NCBI GenBank assembly: GCA_951406725.2
Contig: OX597828.1
Location: 7,750,001-7,814,000 of the forward strand
DNA length: 64,000 nucleotides
From: Octopus vulgaris
Taxonomy: Eukaryota
Direction of reading: 5' to 3'
This document shows positions 27,606 through 40,522 of the stretch, piece by piece. Every line of letters begins with the position of its first letter. Position 1 is the stretch's first letter. The notes under the pieces were generated by a model. The model made no database searches. It was not told the origin of the DNA and saw only the letters and a list, made by a program, of their open reading frames with translations. A program made the translations under genes and the position numbers.

Positions 27606-28005
27606 GATATCGCAAACTAGTCGCACTAAATGTAGCTGTTGGTGATGATGGTACACTTGACGTGCAAGAGATAGCAGCCAAATAACATTCTACTATTTTA
27701 AAAAGGAAGGGTATTTCATGGTAATGTTGATGATGAAAAGTCAAGGTGATAAGTTATGGAGAAACTGAAGAACACAAAGAGAAGAGATAAAAGATATGAG
27801 TATGGCTAGGTAAAAATGAAAGATTACACAGAGATTGGTGAGAAGATGAAGGAAAGAACACGACATAAAATATGAACAGATGAAAGAAAGATGAAGAGAT
27901 AATTGTATCAGATATTTGTGTGCCTCACACTAATAATAATTATCATCGAGAAAATATTTCATCTAGTTACGCTTAGTGGCAAACTTAGTTTCATCATAGC
28001 TACTT

Positions 28006-28650
28006 AGGAGTGGCTGTGTGGTGAGTAGCTTGCTTACCAACCACATGGCTTCGGGTTCAGTCCCACTGCGTGGCACCATGGACAAGTGTCTTCTACTATA
28101 GCCTCTGGCCGACCAAAGACTTGTGAGTGGATTTAGGAGACGAAAACTGAAAGAAGCCCGTCGTATATGGTTCCGGGTTCAGTCCCACTGAGTGGCACCT
28201 TGGGCAAGTGTCTTCTACTATAGCCTCGGGCCGACCAAAGCCTTGTGGGTAAATTTGGTAGACAGAAACGGAAAAGAAGCCCGTCGTATATGGTTCCGGG
28301 TTCAGTCCCACTGCGTGGAACCTTGGGCAAGTGTCTTCTACTATAGCTTCGGGCCGACCACAGCCTTGTGAATGGATTTTGTAGATGAAAACTGAAAAAA
28401 GCCCGTCGTATATATGTACGTATATGTGTGTGTTTGTTTGTCTGTGCTTGTCCCCCCAGCATCGCTTGACAATCGATGCTGGTGTGTTTACGCCCCCGTA
28501 ACTTAGTGGTTCGGCAAAAGAGAACGATAGAATAAGTACTAGGCTTACAAAGAATAAGTCCTGGGGTCGATTTGCTCGACTAAAAGGCGGTGCTCCATCA
28601 TGGCCGCAGTCAAATGACTGAAACAGTTAAAAGACTAAAAGACTAAAAGA
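28006..28650 (+). mobile_element. SINE family A with triplicated ~123-bp 5' module
   Basis: atgg(t/c)t(c/t)cgggttcagtcccactg at ~28045, 28167 and 28290. Confidence 0.9.
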
Positions 28651-28738
28651 CATGTACATACAAACATACATACACACATGCATTCATATGAACACAGATA
28701 CATACATAGTTACACACACACATACACACACACCCACA

Positions 28739-28812
<74 letters not shown>

Positions 28813-28838
28813 CCTATCTATCTATATATATATATATT

Positions 28839-29160
28839 GTGAAGGCGCATGGCTCAGTGGTTAGAGCGTCGAGCGTCGAGCTCGAATCTCGGACCGGGCT
28901 GCGTGTTGTGTTCTTGAGCAAGGCACTTTATTTCACGTTGCTCCAGTTCACTCAGCTGTAGAAATGAGTTGCGACGTCACTGGTGCCAAACTGTATCGAC
29001 CTTTGTCTTTCCCTTGGATAACACTGGTGGCGTGGAGAGGGGAGGCCGGTATGCATGGGCGACTGCTGGTCTTCCATAAACAACCTTGCCCGGACTTGTG
29101 TCTAGGAGGGTAACTTTCTATGTGAAATCCCATGGTCTGTGTCGTGACCGAAGGGGGTCT
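28839..29160 (+). mobile_element. SINE family C (tRNA head plus CORE-like domain)
   Basis: gaaggcgcatggctcagtggttagagcg head; gtgttcttgagcaag..actttatttcac domain; matches 35076-35429. Confidence 0.9.
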
Positions 29161-29163
29161 CCG

Positions 29164-29204
<41 letters not shown>

Positions 29205-29212
29205 GGTCTCCG

Positions 29213-29262
<50 letters not shown>

Positions 29263-29309
29263 TCGAAGTCACTATTAACAATATTGAGCAATACTTCAGT
29301 TTAGTAGGG

Positions 29310-29680
29310 ATTTTAAATTTTGGTACAAGGGCAGCTCGTTAGGTGTGGGGGGGGGAGAGAGTAACTCTGTTACATCGACCCCAGTGTTCAAATGGTATTT
29401 TATCGACCTCAGTAGGGTGAAAGGCAAAGTCGAACACGATTGAATTTGAAATTCGGTTTATATTGGTTTTAAATTTTGGCCTAAGGCCAGCAGACTTGGG
29501 TGAGAGGCGATATCGATTACATCAATCCCAGTGTTCTACCGGTTCTTATTTTATCGACCCAACCCCCTTAAGAATGAAAGACAAAATCGACCTCGGCGGA
29601 ATTTGAACGCAGAACATAAAGACGGACGAAGTGTCGCTAAGCATCTTACCCGGCAGGTTAATGATTCTGCTACCTCGCTT
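29310..29680 (-). mobile_element. Diverged SINE family B copies
   Basis: gaaaggcaaagtcga, gacctcggcggaatttgaac. Confidence 0.7.
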
Positions 29681-29979
29681 GCTTTACTTCACTTTAATAT
29701 TGAACTGAATTTAAAATTTAGCGTTTCATAGGCATGGCTGTGTGGTTAGGAGCTAGCTTTGCAGCCACATGATTCCGGGTTCAGTCCTACAGCGTGGTAC
29801 CTTGGGCTGACCAAAGCCTCGGGCTGGCTAAAGCCTCGGGTTGGCCAAAACCTTGTGAGTGAATTTAGTAAACAAGAACTGAAACAATCATGTCGTATTT
29901 GCATGCGTGTGTGCGAGTGTGTGTGTGTGTATGTGTGTGTGTGTACGTATGTGTGCGTGCGTATGTGTGTGTGTGTGTG

Positions 29980-30034
<55 letters not shown>

Positions 30035-30654
30035 AATGGAAGTGAGATGGTGAACGTTCAATGCTGAAAAGAAAAATCAAACAGTATTTCAATTCTGTGT
30101 ATTTGGTATTTACCTGCCAGCTCCCGTATTTAGTCACGGCCAACTTCATGTGGCCTTAAGTCGGACAAGAAGGAATTCTTTTGAAGGAAACAAGAAGGCA
30201 AATGGCATTAGTTGCAGACTGATTTTTCACACAGAATTTACTAATAAAAGAATTATTACACCAAAATCTTGGTCTTGTGCTTTATTTATATATAAAATAC
30301 TACCATTAGCCGTCATTTTTTACGGCACGAGGCCCTGCTAATATACACATATATATATATGATACGTCGATCTCCTTTCAGTTGCCGTCTAACAACTCCA
30401 CTCACAAGGTATCGATCGGCGCGAGACTATAGTGATGAGAAATTTGTAATGAGAACCACTAGTATGGTCCTGGGGTCGAGAAATTAAGTACCAGTCGCTT
30501 ACTGAGATCCATCTAATCGAGTGCCCCCCCCCCAAAGGGCCTTGTGCTTAAAGTAGAAAAGAATGTGTATGTTTAGTACTTATTTTAACGATATCTATTT
30601 ATCGAATGTTAAAGTTATTTTGACATAATGTACACAGCTCCAGTTTACAAAGAC

Positions 30655-31086
30655 ATACTCACTCTCGCTCTCTCTCACACACACACACTCACTCTCTCTC
30701 TCACACACATCACTCACATATAATCACTCTCTCTCACGCACACACACACTCTCTCTCGTACATAGAGCCACGCACACACAAACACAGCCACACACACACA
30801 AACACAGCCACACACACAACCACACACACAGCCACAAACACAATCACGCACACACACACTCACACACTCTCTCTCTCTCTCACACATACACTGTCACATA
30901 CTCACACAGACTTACTCTCTCTCTCATGCACACACACACACACACACACACTCTCTCTCACACACAGCCACACGCACACTCTCTCTCTCTCTCACACACA
31001 CACACACAAACACACACTCACACACACGTACACACACACACACACACACACACAGACACACAGACACACACACACACACACACACA
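30655..31086. repeat. Degenerate (CA)n/(CT)n tract
   Basis: Direct reading. Confidence 0.85.
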
Positions 31087-31942
31087 CGTGTTCGTAGCAG
31101 CAGTCATTTGTTCATCATATCGTGCTTCTTAAACACACAGCTATGGCTTTTTATTTCTGATGTTATGTTTTTTTATTACTCCACTGTTTCTGATGTCCCT
31201 TTGTGGTTCTTTTTCTTCTCTTCCTCTGTTCTTTTTTTTTTCTATTAATACAAATTACTTTCTTCTCGAAATCGAGCTTCCTGTTTACAGACGATATAAC
31301 ATCTTAAAACAGCGTTGTTTTTGTTATTATTGCCTTAGTCCCAGGTCAACCATAATGAAGTAGACCAGTGATCAAAGGCATTCCATCCCTGATCCTCCCA
31401 TCTTTTACCAGTAGAGTGCACACAGGATCAAATTATTCAATGTACTGACATGTTATAAGATGGCCATGTGTATTTTCTTGAAGGGGATTTAGCCGTTATT
31501 TTCAGCAAGTCGAGCAAATGTGTAGGGACTCGCTAGCTGCTTTTAAAATGTGTTCATGTATAATATAATATAATATAATATAATACAATATAATATAATA
31601 TAACATGATAAGATAAGATATGATATGATATAATAGAGCTTGCTTCCCAACCGGCTGGTTCTGGGTTCAGTCACACTGCGTGACATCTTGATCAAGTGTC
31701 TTCTAGACTCGGTCAAACAAAGCCTTGTGAGTGAACCCGGTAGATTGGAAATTGAAAGAAGCCCGTCTTATATACATATATATATACAAAATGAGAAAAT
31801 GGAGAAACATACCTAAATCAATCATCAACCATCAGATAATACCCAATCAATACTTTATTAAACCATTACACAACAGCAATGACAATATACATAATATATT
31901 ACAAATATAACTAGACATAGAAATAGAAATAGAAAATACAAT

Positions 31943-32072
31943 TACATTGTAGCTGACAGCTGTTTCGGCCGTGAAGACAGGTATGTCCCATTTAACCTAT
32001 TAGCCATATAAAGCAGGTATAAATGAGACATTAACAAGAATGTCTCACGGCCTCTTCAGAGAATTTAATGTA
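31943..32072 (-). ncRNA. Type I hammerhead ribozyme with large stem II insert
   Basis: Minus strand: UACAUU.aaauu.CU-CUGAAGA-GGCCGUGA...UCACGGCC-GAAA-C-AGCU-GUC-AG.cuac.AAUGUA; complete catalytic core. Confidence 0.75.
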
Positions 32073-32311
32073 TATATATGTATATATATATATATATATA
32101 AATATATATATATGCTTCATACGTCTAAACCGACAGGAGAGTCTATCATATTTGTGTGTATGTGTGGTGCTCCAGCATGGCCACAGTCAAATGACTGAAA
32201 CAAGTAAAAAAGATAAAGAGTATATACGCGAACACGCACACATACACACGCACATATATATCTATAAATATATATATGGATATATACATATATATACTGT
32301 AAACACACACA

Positions 32312-32368
<57 letters not shown>

Positions 32369-32424
32369 GTGTGTGTGTATATAAAGGTGGCTTGTTCGCA
32401 ATTTAGAACCGAAAGGCAGAACTA

Positions 32425-32552
32425 GAGACGTCACTAAAGTGACTAAGCGGGGAACTAGTTAGCGCCAGCATTGCTAGAAAGAAGAATCAAACCAACTCTT
32501 AGCCACGATAAGGTACTTATCTTATGACTGACAAGGGAAGCGAGCTCCCTAG
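32425..32552 (+). mobile_element. Unclassified short repeat (inverted copy at 63280-63406)
   Basis: acgtcactaaagtgac...cattgctagaaa.aagaatcaa..caactc.ttagccac...ctcccta shared in reverse orientation. Confidence 0.7.
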
Positions 32553-32737
32553 AGCATTTCATACATGTATGTATATATATTAGTATTTCACTCCTGTACT
32601 TGCAAGCTGTATCCCACAAAGTGAGAAATAGAGGGAAAGAGAGAGGGAGGGAGTAGCTGAAGACGTGCAATGATTTCTCGGATTATTGCGAGGTAGACAT
32701 AACTTTGATAGTTTAATGCTATTTATGCTTGTAGAAA

Positions 32738-33152
32738 GGCGGCGAGCTGGCTGAAACTTTAAGCACGCATGGCGAAATGCGTAGCCGTATTTCCTCTGCC
32801 GTTACTTTCTGAGTTCAAGTTCCGCCGAGGTCGACTTTGCCTTTCATCCTTCGGGGTCGATAAATTAAGTACCAGTTACGCATTGGGGTCGATGTAATCG
32901 ACTTAATCCGTTTGTCTGTCCTTGTTTGTCCTCTCTGTGTTTAGCCCCTTGTGGGTAGTAAAGAAATAGGTATTTCGTCTGCCGCTACGTTCTGGGTTCA
33001 AATTCCGCCGAGGTCGACTTTGCCTTTCATCCTTTCGGGGTCGATTAAATAAGTACCAGTTACGCACTAGGGTCGATATAATCGGCTTTATCCGTTTGTC
33101 TGTCCTTGTTTGTCCTCTCTGTGTTTAGCTCCTTGTGAGTAGTAAAGAAATA
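32738..33152 (+). mobile_element. SINE family B dimer with 15-bp TSD
   Basis: gctatttatgcttgt on both flanks; body duplicated. Confidence 0.92.
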
Positions 33153-33329
33153 GCTATTTATGCTTGTGCTTCCATCTGACTATTTTGTCGTTTTGACTTT
33201 CATTCTTTCAGGTTTGGTAAATAAACTACAAACTCGGTACTAGGTATTCGTGTCTCGCAATGTTTTTTTGTCCAACTGGATGTCATACCCCTCTTTGTTT
33301 TTTTTTTCTGTTTTTCGTGGTGGGTGGGG

Positions 33330-33660
33330 AGGAAGAACACCTCACCAATTGGTCAGGTCTAAAAATACCAGTACGACGCTGTGTGCCATGACAAGCCCCT
33401 ATGTCTCCACCAGGAAATAGAATCCCATGGAGTGTTCCTGCTGCATGTTACCCGTCTATAGAAAGATGGGGTTAATGTTTGTCTTCGACAGTTGTACGAC
33501 AGCTGCAGGAATAACATGGACGGGGAGACAATTCCAGAGATTTGATGATCTGGAAAGGAAAGCTTGGGCGCAGAGGTAATTAAGGGCTCTGCAGCCGGTA
33601 ATGGTCTAATGCAATATGTGTGACAAAAGGAGAGACGCATGAGACGGAATAATGGTAAGC
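33330..33660 (-). pseudogene. CR1/L2-type LINE 3' remnant
   Basis: Minus frame LCAQAFLSRSSNLWNCLPVHVIP resembles SFF.R..LWN.LP. Confidence 0.6.
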
Positions 33661-33924
33661 ATCCAGCTCTAAGGAGTAAAGGCTACAGTAAAGATGCGCA
33701 CAGAGAGGGAGAGAGAGAGAGAAGGGAGGGGAGAGAGAGAGGGGAGGGGAGTGAGAGAGGAGGGGAGAGAGAGGAGGGGATAGAGAGAGAGGTAGAGAGA
33801 GAGAGGATGCAGCATGTCACTTGGTCAGCAAATTCATGCCAATCAGTAAACGTCTCATTCGCAATAAGCAATAAGAAATCAGCACCGCCCCAACTGTAGT
33901 TTTTGGTTTAATATATCTAGAACC

Positions 33925-34227
33925 AGGAAGGCACGTAGCTTAGTGGTTAGCGTATTCGACTCAGTTCCCGGCGACGCGTTGTGTCCTTCAGCAAGACATT
34001 TTATTTCACGTTTCTCCAGTCCACTCAGCTGGCAAAAATGAGTAGTACCTGTATTTCAAAGGACCAATCTTGTCACACTCTGTGTCTCGCTGAATCTCCC
34101 TGAGAACTACGTTAAGGGTACACATGTCTGTGGACTGTTCAACAATTTGCACGTTAATTTCATGAGCAAGCTGTTCTATTGATCGTATCAGCTGAGAGCT
34201 TCGTCGTCGTAACCGACGGAGTGCCAG
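33925..34227 (+). mobile_element. SINE family D with TSD
   Basis: tatatctagaac on both flanks; tRNA-like head and CORE-like domain. Confidence 0.88.
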
Positions 34228-34332
34228 TTAGCCAGTATATCTAGAACTGCAATATTGGATGTAGCATTCTTTTTTACGTGTATAGAGTGTCACTTGACTG
34301 CTATTTTGAACAGGTCAAACGATTCTGTAAAG

Positions 34333-34568
34333 CATGGTTCCCAACCATTTTTACCCATGGAACCCTTCGATTCCTATTTTATTCTGCTGGAGCACCATAG
34401 CCATTTGAAGTTTTAAAAGACCCCATTATATTTTTATAATTAAATATTGCCAGGAATAGAATTAAAAAAATGTAAAAGAAGTATAAGCAATTTATTGCGG
34501 ATACATTTTAACAACAGAATCTTACATAAATCTACAAGAGCCATATGGACGCCGATTGGGAACCACTG
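34333..34568. mobile_element. hAT (Charlie-like) MITE
   Basis: ca-tggttcccaa / ttgggaaccactg TIRs; 8-bp TSD ctgtaaag/ccgtaaag. Confidence 0.85.
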
Positions 34569-34727
34569 CCGTAAAGTATAACCTACTGACTCGTTATTCT
34601 GTTATTGCTGTTATCATTATTGATAGGCCCTGGTCTTTGCGATTTGACTTATATCAAAGGTATTTCAACCGCGACCGCACGTTTTTCTATCAGGCTGAGT
34701 GTACTTTCAGATTATATTATTCAATAT

Positions 34728-35038
34728 AAAAAAAAACGATAAACGTCTCCCTTTTCAAGCCTAGCCAGGCTCATGGACCCGGTTTCCCGGTTTCTGTGGC
34801 GTATGGGTTCCTTCCAGCTGGGCGGCGCGCCAGTCCATCGCAGCGTTACTCGAGAAACAGGAAGAGAAATTTGTGGCGAAAGAGTACAACAGGGGTCGCC
34901 ACAAGCCCCTGCCGAAGCCTCGTGGAGCTTTAGGTGTTTTCGCTCAATAAACACACACAACGCCCGGTCTTGGAATCGAAACCGTGATCCTCCGATCGCG
35001 AGTCCGCTGCCCTAACCACTGGGCCATTGCGCCTCCAC
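34728..35038 (-). mobile_element. tRNA-derived SINE with 14-bp TSD
   Basis: atattattcaatat on both flanks; minus-strand head gtggaggcgcaatggcccagtggttagggcagcggactcgcg. Confidence 0.9.
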
Positions 35039-35075
35039 ATATTATTCAATATGCCTTTCCTTATTATAAGAACGA

Positions 35076-35429
35076 GTGAAGGCGCATGGCTCAGTGGTTA
35101 GAGCGTCGAGCTTACGATCGTGAGGTTGTGAGTCCGAATCCCGGACCGGGCTGCGTGTTGTGATTTTGAGCAAGACACTTTATTTCACGTTGCTCCAGTT
35201 AACTCAGCTGTAGAAATGAGTTGCGACGTCACAGGTGCTAAGCTGTATCGGCCCCTTTGCCTCTCCCTTGGATAACCACTGGTGGCGTGGAGAGGGGAGG
35301 CCGGTATGTATGGGCGACTGCTGGTCTTCCGTAAACCACCTTGCCCAGACTTGTGACTAGGAGCGTAACTTTCTAGGTGCAATCCCATGGTCAGTGTCGT
35401 GACCGAAGGGGGTCCCGACGACCGACCCG
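35076..35429 (+). mobile_element. SINE family C, full length, 13-bp TSD
   Basis: attataagaacga at 35063-35075 and 35430-35442. Confidence 0.93.
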
Positions 35430-35897
35430 ATTATAAGAACGAAAATAATGTGAAAATTGAAGGGCAATTGGCTGATGTTGCAAACAGATCCATCAACCAC
35501 GCTGAGATTTCTTCATTGATTCAGTTTCGTAGTTGCTACTGATGCTGTAGTTTAATCCCATTTGTGCATTGATCGAAGAAATCTATGATCAAAGGCAACC
35601 CAGCTTTGACCATCCCGTATTATACATGTCCTTTATTTTAATTAGGTGGTTGAGTGTGGTGTGATTCGAAGAAGATTTAGTTAGAATTTCTGTCAAGTGG
35701 GGGAAAAAAAACCTAAAAAGAACAACATATAGCCGCTTCCACGTTGGCTCGTGTTTCTGTAGTGCTAAGTATATATTGTAAGAGTTTCTTCCTGGAGAGG
35801 GCGTTTCGCTTCTTGACGCTAATGTCTTCCAGATGTTTTACTTTGTTATTATCAGAGATACGTGAAGTGATGCTCTTCAAATAAACTATCTTACTAG

Positions 35898-36041
35898 GAT
35901 GACGATGACGATGACGATGACGATGATGACGACGATGATGATGATGATGATAATGATGACGTTGATGATAATGATGAGGAAGAGAATGATAATGATGATG
36001 ACGATGATGATGATGAGGACGATGATGATGATGAGGAGGAC

Positions 36042-36137
<96 letters not shown>
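35898..36137. repeat. (GAT)n microsatellite
   Basis: Direct reading; source of the poly-H and poly-M ORFs. Confidence 0.95.
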
Positions 36138-37249
36138 AACTTTTAATAGTTATAAGACCAAAACAATTATACACTTGGTCCATAAATACTTTATCTGATC
36201 AGTTAATGCATTCTGATAATAACCGAAAACGGTGTTCTCTCAGGATTGATAAAGCTGAAACTGCTTGCTCTAATTTATCAACCATAACTTTTTTGGGGTC
36301 TAGTATATGATTATTTACTAAAACCTGACTAACGCTCTATCGCCCTTATACAACGGGGTTGTACGTGGTCTCAATATGCATGTCTCCACGGATATTTCTT
36401 TGCGCGTTTAAAAAGTTTTATTAAAAAGATGTTATAATGAAAAAAATGTCCTGGCTTGGAGTAGAACACTAAACTGTATTTATGCTAAAACACAAAAGGA
36501 AACGACAGGTTGGCCGGCTGGAACTCATTTAAAAATAAATACATTTTAAAAAGCGGACAATGTGATGCCAGGTATTTAAAGGATTCAAACTTCTGAAATT
36601 TCAGCTAAACATCAGTCTGAATCTCAAAATTTATAGAAAATTTTTATTTCCTCAACATAGTCGTATCCATAAGCTGAACGGAAAACTTTACCTTAAACTC
36701 TAATATTAGATTATAATATTAACTCTAAACTTTAATCCTAAACCCTTATCTGCATACCCTAGCCCTAATTCTAAGCCTTAAACCCTAAACCCAAAATCCG
36801 AATTCATAAATCTAACTTGTTTTTAATAATGCATAAATTTGCTTCAGCAATGAGTTACCATTTGATTGTAGCATACACTACTGCATTACAAAAGGTAAAG
36901 AAATACTGGTGCATAAAATAAGAGGGAATGCCACGATTGGAACGCCTTTGGCCACAGGATTATTTGCTAATGAATGATCTGTTTCTACATAACAATGCCT
37001 GTGATAATTAAAGACGAATGACATCATATATAAAATTTCTTTAAAAAAATTTGTGTATATTTTTTCATAAGTAAGAATTTGAAGATAATTTATTTAATTT
37101 CAAAATGTCTCTAGCGTTCATTGTAAAGATTATACAAAAATGACCATTACTTCCTGTTTCCCAAGGCTATTATCAGCTTTTTGCAACATCCTGTCTCTTT
37201 TATCGAGAGTCGCGGTAGGCCGTCATGTTAATCCATCGAGATAAGCCCT

Positions 37250-37570
37250 GGAATCCATTGTCCATTTTGAGCTCCTACTCATCCTGAACGGTCAAGCAAA
37301 GTGTTAATGAAGAGCTGCAAATATATACTGGGTATCGTTTAACATGCACCCGTCGTGTGTCCTACCAAAGATTGAAATATGACTTTGTTGTAACATTGCG
37401 CCACCCCTACTCGCTGCATATGTCTCCGCGTGTCATAAAGTATGTGCCGTAACTCGGACAGTACAGCCTCTTGAAGGACAGTTGCTTATTCCAGTATTAC
37501 AATCTAGTATGTAGTTGTCATTGTGGTATTGATGTGAGGTACATTTGAGATTTGAAACGTCTGGAAATAT
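37250..37570 (+). pseudogene. Possible mariner transposase remnant
   Basis: IVHFELL and VTLRHPYSLHMSP resemble mariner GIVH.ELL and HPPYSPDLAP; heavily decayed. Confidence 0.4.
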
Positions 37571-37575
37571 TGTTT

Positions 37576-37968
37576 GGAGTGGCTGTGTGGTAAGTAACTT
37601 GCTTACGAACCACATGGTTCCGGGTTCAGTCCCTCTGCGTGGAACCTTGTCTTCTACTATAACCGCGGGCCGACCAAAGCCTTGTGAGTGGATTTGGTAG
37701 ACGGAAACTGAAGGAATCCCGTCGTATATATGTGTATGTGTGTGTGTGTATGTTTGTGTGTCTGTGGTTGTTCCTCCAACATCACTTGACAACCGATGCT
37801 GGTGTGTTTACGTCCCCGCAATTTAGCGGTTCGGCAAAAGAGACCGATGGAATAAGTACTAGGCTTACAAAGAATAAGTCCTGGGGTCGATTTGCTCGAC
37901 TAAAGGTGGTGCTCCAGCATGGCCACAGTCAAATGACTGAAACAAGTAAAAGAGTAGAAAGAGTAAAA
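37576..37968 (+). mobile_element. SINE family A
   Basis: Family match from head to tail. Confidence 0.9.
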
Positions 37969-38017
37969 ATGAGTTATTAATATAACAAAACAGGAAACTA
38001 GAAATTTTCTGAATATA

Positions 38018-38178
38018 ATTTATTCACCATTGCACATGTTTCATTTGCTTATAGGAATGACAAAATTGTACACATAAGAATAGGAGTTTTCTTATAGGAC
38101 ATTTCTTACATATATTTATCCAACATGTATTATTTTGTAATTCTTATTAGCAAATGAAACATGTATTATGCCGAATAA
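38018..38178. repeat. Imperfect foldback
   Basis: acatgtttcatttgcttataggaatgacaaaat versus attttgtaattcttattagcaaatgaaacatgt (30/33 complementary). Confidence 0.75.
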
Positions 38179-39292
38179 ATATCCCCAAATTTTCCACACT
38201 TCTGTTTTGTTACATGCGCGCTCGCTCACGCACACAAATTAGAGTAAAGAGTATTGGAAGGAGACTTAATCGGTCACCCCGTTCAACAAACCGTCTTTGC
38301 CAATGGGTGCCTTTACCAGGGTTCATTCCGTTGGAAGCAGTCGGGTCAGATTTCTGGTCTGAGGATAATTTCCTCCTGCCAATGCCCGATGCCTGAAAAG
38401 AGGTCATGGGTACTATCCATTTTACCTTGTCGGACTAGGTTATAATAAATAAATACATAAATAAATAAATACTGTCATTGGATAACCGATAAGAAATCTA
38501 TCAAAATGTACGTAATGAGCCGCTGGCAAATATAAAGTCAATTGGTCCCCATGCCATTGCTTATAAGTGGAAAGCGCTTGAATGAGGAATAGATGTGGCG
38601 AGATGATTAAAGTAAGTTCAACCATCCGGAGACTTAACCCAACTCTATGGTGTTGGCATCCTCTGTTATATATTAATGTATTAATCGTTAAAGAAATCAT
38701 CGAAAGACAGGAAGCCCGAGAGAAAGAGATTGTGTATGTGTGTGATGGAGAGAGAGAGAGAAATCAGTTTTATCGGACGTCATTGAGTCAGTGTCTTAGA
38801 GTCATTAAAATATCATGTGACCAACACACTGGGGTTAGACAGTTCAAGAAAATGAAAATCCCATTCTGATGAATGAAGAAATGAATAAATGAATGAGAGG
38901 GTAAAGTATTCTATTCAAATAAATTAACAGCAGAATGAATAATTGCTAGCTATCTTAAACAGTAAGTTCAATCTATGCTCCAAAATCCGTTCTATAGTGA
39001 TGAGAAATTTGTAATGAGAACTACTAGTATGCCGTTGTGTTTGTGATGGTTGCCGCGTGTAATTAAATTGGATTTACTTTCAGCCACAGCCTATTCTCTC
39101 GGGACGTTTTATTGCGGTTTCATTTCCTACTTAGATCATTTTACATGAGTCTGTGTGTCGATATGTATGCATATATTAATGCATACATGTATGTGGTGTG
39201 TGCGTCATGTGTACCCACATTCACGCACATATATACGTATTTGTTTATACGTGTTACTCTTACTTTCTCCCTCTTTGTGTGTGTCTGTATAA

Positions 39293-39361
<69 letters not shown>

Positions 39362-40192
39362 CATACATATGTATATTCATATATATATGTATATAAACAC
39401 ACATACACATGCACACACACATACACACACACATATATGTGTTCAGACTCGTGCACACATGTATGCCTAGACATATACACTTTAAATAGGCATTTATAAA
39501 CAATCGTTTAACTAACTGCTGGTGTATAGCTATCAGCTTATCTAAGTTATTCACCTTTAATTATCACTTTTCCCCCATTTTACGTACGAACACATTCATA
39601 CATATACGCGCTCTGTACACATTCCCATTCACACACACACACACATGCACACATAAACATACAAACCGTTATACGCATACATATGCTTTTTTGTATATAT
39701 AGCCACTACACACATTTGTTTCTTTCCTTGTTTCTCTCCTTGTTTTTTCTGTGTCCCTTTCTGTAGAAGAGCGTAGGCGCGAAACGTAAAAGACTTTTTC
39801 TATTCCTGAGCGTTATACTAATACATCTGTTTGTTTTGTACACCACCTTCTTCGTCTTTTGTTGTATTTTTCGTAAACTCTCCCTATATATAAGTTAGCT
39901 GTTAGAAATATTACATTACATTCATAGACAATCAACACACGTAGAAAACTTAGCAAGAATGACGTGGAATGACAATTTGCATGTATAGGCGTATACACGT
40001 AGACATAACCATTGCTACGTACAAAAGTATGTACACACATACATATACATAAGTCGAACAAACAGAGAAGCTGCCATAGGGAAACAAGATATTTGCAAAT
40101 TCTCTACCATAAAAACGTGTTCCTTTTCTTTCATCACTTATGTGTTTATTTCTATCTATCTCCCTTATGGATATATGCTGAGCTGCTGAGAT

Positions 40193-40522
40193 GCCCTTCG
40201 GTCATGACTGACCATGGGATTGCACCTAGAAAGTTACCCTCCAAGGTACAAGTCCGGGCAAGTTTGTTTACAGAAGACCAGCAGTCGCTCATGCATTCCA
40301 GCCATCCCTCTCCACGCCACCAGTGGTTATCCAAGGTTGAGGCAAAGGCCGATACAACTTGGCACCTGTGACGTCACAACTCATTCCTACGGCTGAGTGA
40401 GCTGGAGCAACGTGAAATAAAGTGTCTTCCACAAGAACACAACACGCAACCCGGTCCAGGATTCAAACTCACAGCCTCACGATCGTAAGCACGACGCTCT
40501 AACCACTGAGCCATGCGACTTC
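40193..40522 (-). mobile_element. SINE family C
   Basis: Reverse match to 35076-35429. Confidence 0.9.

Noticed and set aside
28006-28410. CRISPR-like array
   Set aside because: Eukaryotic context; tandem SINE modules without unique spacers
29152-29216. Duplicated agggggtctccgaaaa around (TA)n
   Set aside because: Explained by slippage or local assembly duplication at a SINE tail
35076-35150. tRNA gene in SINE heads (also 28839, 34960-35038, 40450-40522)
   Set aside because: Acceptor stems do not close; sequences continue into SINE bodies with TSDs
38190-38700. Possible miRNA or conserved non-coding element (also 16100-16330)
   Set aside because: No match to conserved miRNAs I recall and no clear pre-miRNA hairpin; needs cross-species alignment
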